Assembly (NCBI GenBank): GCA_030666115.1
Contig: DAOUYM010000001.1
Coordinates: forward strand, 1 to 36,102
Source: Candidatus Aenigmatarchaeota archaeon
GTDB taxonomy: Archaea > Aenigmatarchaeota > Aenigmatarchaeia > QMZP01
Length of the DNA: 36,102 nt
Reading direction: 5' to 3'
Shown: positions 32,374 to 36,102 of the stretch, piece by piece
Numbering within the stretch: position 1 is the first letter of the stretch
Layout: every line of letters begins with the position of its first letter
Program-made: the position numbers and the translations under genes
Notes under the pieces: model-generated
What the model was told of the DNA's origin: nothing
Database searches by the model: none
What the model saw: the letters and a program-made list of their open reading frames with translations, nothing else

Positions 32374-33267
32374 TTATGGGTAATTGTAGAAATCAACTAT
32401 TTCTCCACTACTATCCTTTAAGGTAGCGTTGTCACCATCGTTGTTCCACATGTAGGAATTGCTCTGCCAGAACAGTGTGGTCTCATTATCCTCTCCATAA
32501 CCCCTGTGCAGCCTAACCTTTCCGTTTATCATGAACCATTCCGGGAAGGTGTATACGTGCTTCTCCATCCAGTCACTCAGGGTCCAGCCGGCCATTACCA
32601 CATTGTACCCATCTAGCTCGACCCACTCCTCTACTTCATCCAAATCGGTTATCATCACATCACCAACCTGCTCTTCAAGGCAATCGTTAGGGCAGTTGTT
32701 CTCGTCTTCGCCCTCTTCACACTCCAGGTTGCCGCAGCAGGGCAGAGTGGCATCATAAACGCAATACTTCAAATCGTAGTCGTAATAGTCCTGGGTACAT
32801 GGGTCATTGTCATTACACACCGGGCAGTCTGGTGATCCTGGATACTCGCCCTGCTCGCATATGCCATTACCGTCACAAAAAAGCTCTATCACACACCCGC
32901 ACTTCTCCTCATCAAGAGACTTGCACTCAGTTGGATCGCAGTAGATGTCACACCCCGTCACTTGGGTCTCCTCTATCTCATGTCCTGTGCAATCCGGCTT
33001 GCATGGCATGCAGTCGCCTGTGTCCGAGTCGCATGGGTTGACGCATGTTGACACGAATCCGTCCGGACAGGTTGTTATGATTTCCCCACAAACAGCATCG
33101 GGGCAGAGATCTGTCTCCTTTGTTTCCTCATCTAGCGCGGTTTGTGCATTGCCTGTTGTTTCGGCTGGCTCAGCATCCTTGGTGATGGTTTCTGTTACAT
33201 CACCCGTCTGTGTGCATCCAGATATAATAATCAGGAGTATAATGAGCATTAATAAATAAAGCTTCAT
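32374..33267 (-). CDS. Putative lipoprotein with Cys-rich modules and a C-terminal lamin-tail domain (LTD)
   Basis: The signal has a lipobox-like end, MKLYLLMLIILLIIISGC. Cys-rich modules include CDGNGICEQGEYPGSPDCPVC and CCGNLECEEGEDENNCPNDC. The C-terminus EEWVELDGYNVVMAGWTLSD...YTFPEWFMINGKVRLHRG...LFWQSNSYMWNNDGDNATLKDSSGEIVDFYNY matches the LTD pattern. Confidence 0.8.
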   Translation of the reverse strand: MKLYLLMLIILLIIISGCTQTGDVTETITKDAEPAETTGNAQTALDEETKETDLCPDAVCGEIITTCPDGFVSTCVNPCDSDTGDCMPCKPDCTGHEIEETQVTGCDIYCDPTECKSLDEEKCGCVIELFCDGNGICEQGEYPGSPDCPVCNDNDPCTQDYYDYDLKYCVYDATLPCCGNLECEEGEDENNCPNDCLEEQVGDVMITDLDEVEEWVELDGYNVVMAGWTLSDWMEKHVYTFPEWFMINGKVRLHRGYGEDNETTLFWQSNSYMWNNDGDNATLKDSSGEIVDFYNYP

Positions 33268-33289
33268 AAAACATTTTTGATTCGAAGTC

Positions 33290-33299
33290 TAATAAATAG
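33290..33299 (+). promoter_or_regulatory. Candidate TATA box for the tRNA gene
   Basis: TAATAAATAG ends 27 nt upstream of tRNA position 1 (33326). Confidence 0.45.
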
Positions 33300-33325
33300 T
33301 GTTTAAACCCAATCTTAAGATATCA

Positions 33326-33445
33326 GGGCCCGTAGCTCAGCTGGATAGAGCGCTTGCCTCCTAAGCAAGAAGTCGGGGGTTCGAATAGGACGATGGCTTA
33401 TTAGCTGAATCGAGCCATCCTTCCAAGAGAATCCCTCCGGGCCCG
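33326..33445 (+). tRNA. tRNA-Arg(CCU) interrupted by a roughly 46-nt intron within the T-loop
   Basis: Parts of the cloverleaf:
- acceptor stem GGGCCCG (33326-32) pairs with CGGGCCC (33438-44), discriminator G 33445
- D arm GCTC-AGCTGGATA-GAGC
- anticodon arm CTTGC-CTCCTAA-GCAAG, anticodon CCT at 33360-62
- variable loop AAGTC
- T stem GGGGG (33375-79) pairs with CCCTC (33433-37)
- T loop TTCGAAT (33380-86)
Joined exons total 74 nt. A T5 run at 33453-57 follows the gene. No CCA is encoded. Confidence 0.85.
33387..33432 (+). other. tRNA intron at a non-canonical T-loop position (boundaries ambiguous by up to 4 nt because GAAT flanks both junctions)
   Basis: The 46 nt separate an intact TTCGAAT from the 3' T-stem strand. 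The intron has an internal 7-bp hairpin, GATGGCT (33392-98) pairing with AGCCATC (33413-19). Confidence 0.75.
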
Positions 33446-33482
33446 TTCAAACTTTTTAACCTTTCGGTGCATATAATAAACT

Positions 33483-34244
33483 ATGACCCGGATCATATGC
33501 GTGGCTTCTGGTAAGGGTGGTGTAGGAAAGACAACTGTGGTTTCTAACCTTGCGGCTGCTCTGGCCAGGTTCAATAAATCTGTTATCGCGATAGATGGTA
33601 ACACAACCACATCCAATCTTGGAATTCACCTGGGAATATCAATGTACCCCACAACCATCCAGGACGTGTTGAAAGGGAGAGCGAACATCAGGGATGCAAT
33701 TTACCACCACGAGGATGGGTTCAGGGTGGTGCCGGCAGACGTCTCAATGGAAAAGGTCATGACACCCGAGGCGCACAAGCTTCTTGACGTCTTCTACAAA
33801 CTGGTTGGTGAGGCAGATTTCGTTCTGATCGATGCTGCAGCAGGCCTTGGAAAGGAAGCATCATCGTCAATAAAAGCTGCTGATGAGATGATAATAGTAA
33901 CCAACCCTGAGATACCTGCACTAACCGACGCGCTTAAACTTACACAGATGGCAAACAGGTTCGAAACCAGAAACATTGGTGTGGTAGTGAACAGGATCAG
34001 GAAAGAATCCCATGAGTTCCCGATTAACCAGATAGAGGATTTCCTTGGAGCACCAATGCTAGGTGAGATTTATGAAGACTGTAAAGTGAGGAAGGCCATA
34101 TCAGACAAGAGGCCAATAGTCACACATTCTCCAAAAGCAATTTCTGCCCAGCAGTTCATGTCGATAGCAGCAAGACTGATTGGTGAGGAATATAAAGTCA
34201 GAACCCCGAGATTCAACAAGCTCTGGGGATGGCTCAGGCGCTGA
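33483..34244 (+). CDS. minD: MinD/ParA-family P-loop ATPase, second paralogue
   Basis: SGKGGVGKTT, AIDGNT and VLIDAAAGLG motifs. The C-terminal tail PRFNKLWGWLRR is basic and aromatic. By-eye alignment to the 7779-8525 product gives roughly 35-40% identity. Confidence 0.9.
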   Translation: MTRIICVASGKGGVGKTTVVSNLAAALARFNKSVIAIDGNTTTSNLGIHLGISMYPTTIQDVLKGRANIRDAIYHHEDGFRVVPADVSMEKVMTPEAHKLLDVFYKLVGEADFVLIDAAAGLGKEASSSIKAADEMIIVTNPEIPALTDALKLTQMANRFETRNIGVVVNRIRKESHEFPINQIEDFLGAPMLGEIYEDCKVRKAISDKRPIVTHSPKAISAQQFMSIAARLIGEEYKVRTPRFNKLWGWLRR

Positions 34245-34286
34245 TCTTTAATTGTGTATATTTTAAAATAGAGAACAATTAATTAT

Positions 34287-34829
34287 ATGACCATAGCTCT
34301 ATTGATAATAGATATGCAAAACGATCATGTAGGAAAGATAGTAAATGCAAAGAATATGATAAAGAATATCCTACTTATTAAAAAAATTGCAAAAGAGAAC
34401 AGCGTTCCCGTAATATATTCAAAAGAAACGCATAAAGAAAACGAAAAAGAATTCAAGAAATTTGGACCCCATACAATAAAAGGAACTAAAGGATGGAAAA
34501 TAATAGATGAATTAGAGCCTGAAGAGGGAAATATAATAACCGAAAAACAGAAATTCAGTGCATTCTTCAAGACCAACCTTGATTCGATTCTCTCAGAGAA
34601 AAATACCACAAAAATATTAATAACAGGGATAAATCTTAACTGCTGTGTAATGGCGACGGCACTAGACGGTTTCAACTATGACTATGAGGTGTTTATAATA
34701 AAAGAAGCTGTGTCATTACGAAAGGATAGATTGAATTTCGAGAAGTCTTCTTTTGAATGGATAAATGCATTCTGCGGAAAGGTGATTTCAATGAAAGAAG
34801 CGATGGATATCATAAAAACTAACAAATAA
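34287..34829 (+). CDS. Isochorismatase-family cysteine hydrolase
   Basis: ALLIIDMQNDH carries the catalytic Asp region, and ITGINLNCCVMATALDG the catalytic Cys region. GC is very low (25 of 100 nt in a hand count of 34301-34400). Confidence 0.85.
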   Translation: MTIALLIIDMQNDHVGKIVNAKNMIKNILLIKKIAKENSVPVIYSKETHKENEKEFKKFGPHTIKGTKGWKIIDELEPEEGNIITEKQKFSAFFKTNLDSILSEKNTTKILITGINLNCCVMATALDGFNYDYEVFIIKEAVSLRKDRLNFEKSSFEWINAFCGKVISMKEAMDIIKTNK

Positions 34830-34848
34830 TCTACTGCTTAGCAATGCG

Positions 34849-36102
34849 TTACATGTCCATGATTCCTTTAATATCCAGCTCTAGCGATGCCACTGGCTTC
34901 TCGAGTTCCCATCTCTCCAGGACAAGCGGGTTCACTTCACCGATAAATCCTACCTGCCTTCCTTTAACCAATATCCCTGCTGACCTCCCCTTTATGAAAC
35001 TCGGGTGGTCCAGCCTCTTCATAGAATATGATATACCAGCCCCTCTCATAACAGAATCCAGCACACTGGCTATGTCCTCGTAACCAATATTGTTGTCTGT
35101 CAGGGCGATCGATAATTTTTTGTCGTCTATTGTGCCTGTCTCCTCGCTGCCCGCGAGGTTAATCACATCACCTATCTCGAAAACCTTCTGCGGATACTCG
35201 ACGTGCTTGTTTTTTGAAAGGAACTCGAGCAGGCCAGGCAGCAACCATGTCCTGAAAACACACCAGTTAGCAGAGACTATATTCTCTATCTCAACCACTC
35301 TTTCCTCTGGCAGGTTCATCTTCTGGAAAAGATTCCTCTTGTTGGTCAGGATGTAGGAGAGGATCTCCTGCAGTCCAAGTCCTGTGGTTATGTTGGATAC
35401 TGTATTCGAGAAGACCTCGATTGGATTCTGCCTTCCCACGGTCGCAACCATGGGTATGATTGGCTCTATGTTGTTGTAGCCATATGATATGATGGCGTCC
35501 TCTATCACATCCCTCTGGTGCATGATGTCCTGCCTGTAGGCAGGATAGAGTACCCTTATCTTCCCGTTGGATGGTTTGCAGTCATACCTTGCCTGGGTAA
35601 GGAGCTTGCATGCCTTCTCCATTGTTATTCCAAGGCCTGATACTTTGTTCAGATAATCGAGATCGATCTCGAACTTCTTGGGTTCCAGGTCAGGTGTTTC
35701 CAGGATCCTGCCGCCCGGATAAACAACTTTTACTGTCTCGATATCACCACCCCTGTCAGCCAGTGCACAAACCATAACATTCAGGGCAGGCACCAGGAAC
35801 TTCAGGTTGAAACCAGAACACTCTATGAACACGTCACGTGTCTCCTTGGTCACTTTTCCTGTGTATTCGGAGTTTATTATAGGAGGTACGGACAGAACCT
35901 CCTCGTTGGCATCAATGAATATTGGATACTCCTTGGCATCCTTTAACAGGTGTCCGAACTCCCTTCCCTTCGGGTGCGCCTTTATTATCTGCTCAGGTGT
36001 CATTGCCTTTCTGAACTCGAGCGGGATAAATGTTATGCCATCGGGCTTCACTGTTGTGAAACGTATTGGCGGCTTTATCCTGTTGAAATCATAAACTCCT
36101 AT
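34849..36102 (-). CDS. pheT: Phenylalanyl-tRNA synthetase beta subunit (archaeal), N-terminus off the right window edge
   Basis: VLSVPPIINSEYTGKVTKETRDVFIECSGFN and LLPGLLEFLSKNKH are typical of archaeal PheT. The track start 36051 is a GTG. The same frame stays open upstream to nt 36102 (...IGVYDFNRIKPPIRFTTV-KPDG...), so the gene is truncated by the window. Confidence 0.88.
   Translation of the reverse strand: MGVYDFNRIKPPIRFTTVKPDGITFIPLEFRKAMTPEQIIKAHPKGREFGHLLKDAKEYPIFIDANEEVLSVPPIINSEYTGKVTKETRDVFIECSGFNLKFLVPALNVMVCALADRGGDIETVKVVYPGGRILETPDLEPKKFEIDLDYLNKVSGLGITMEKACKLLTQARYDCKPSNGKIRVLYPAYRQDIMHQRDVIEDAIISYGYNNIEPIIPMVATVGRQNPIEVFSNTVSNITTGLGLQEILSYILTNKRNLFQKMNLPEERVVEIENIVSANWCVFRTWLLPGLLEFLSKNKHVEYPQKVFEIGDVINLAGSEETGTIDDKKLSIALTDNNIGYEDIASVLDSVMRGAGISYSMKRLDHPSFIKGRSAGILVKGRQVGFIGEVNPLVLERWELEKPVASLELDIKGIMDM

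Noticed and set aside
33380-33437. A canonical hBHBh' (3-nt bulge, 4-bp helix, 3-nt bulge) splicing motif around the tRNA intron
   Set aside because: I tried several registers by hand. AGGA/TCCT as the central helix would put the splice sites in the wrong place, and TTC/GAA gives only 3 bp with irregular bulges. I leave the motif type open instead of asserting it.
33401-33616. 71-aa minus-strand ORF overlapping the tRNA intron and the start of the second minD
   Set aside because: It overlaps a well-supported tRNA and a P-loop ATPase gene, and it shows no motif.

Overview
This is an archaeal chromosomal segment that is almost fully coding: 33 protein genes (two cut by the window edges) and one intron-containing tRNA. 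Hand-counted 100-nt samples give about 45-55% GC in most genes.

Housekeeping backbone:
- the archaeal secE-spt5-rpl11 and rpl1-P0-P1 ribosomal cluster, alaS and a partial pheT
- the mevalonate-entry operon (HMG-CoA synthase, thiolase, DUF35) and GGPP synthase
- two MinD/ParA-type ATPases, a KaiC-like ATPase, a CBS protein, a nitroreductase and a PHP phosphoesterase

Cell-envelope content interspersed among these:
- A giant surface-protein gene of at least 1959 codons (nt 1-5877, minus strand). The supplied ORF track omits it because its stop codon lies off-window. A small paralogous-leader gene is co-transcribed with it.
- A two-gene operon (19531-24791) encoding large Cys-rich exported proteins.
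- A lipobox, Cys-rich, lamin-tail-domain protein.
- A tight operon of GlcNAc-1-P transferase-like, ATP-grasp and PIG-L deacetylase genes.

Other unusual points:
- tRNA-Arg(CCU) is interrupted by a roughly 46-nt intron inside the T-loop.
- Spt5, L11 and P0 all carry long charged low-complexity C-terminal extensions. P0 lacks the stalk C-terminal motif that the adjacent P1 retains.
- A membrane-anchored wHTH gene sits between rpl11 and rpl1.
- Two single-gene low-GC islands (about 25-35% GC) encode small hydrolases.
- 21-nt palindromes lie at two convergent gene junctions.

I saw no CRISPR array, rRNA, transposase or integrase, and no recognisable defence system. Lineage cannot be fixed from the sequence alone. 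The non-canonical tRNA intron and the gene content fit an uncultivated, small-genome archaeon, but this is an inference.
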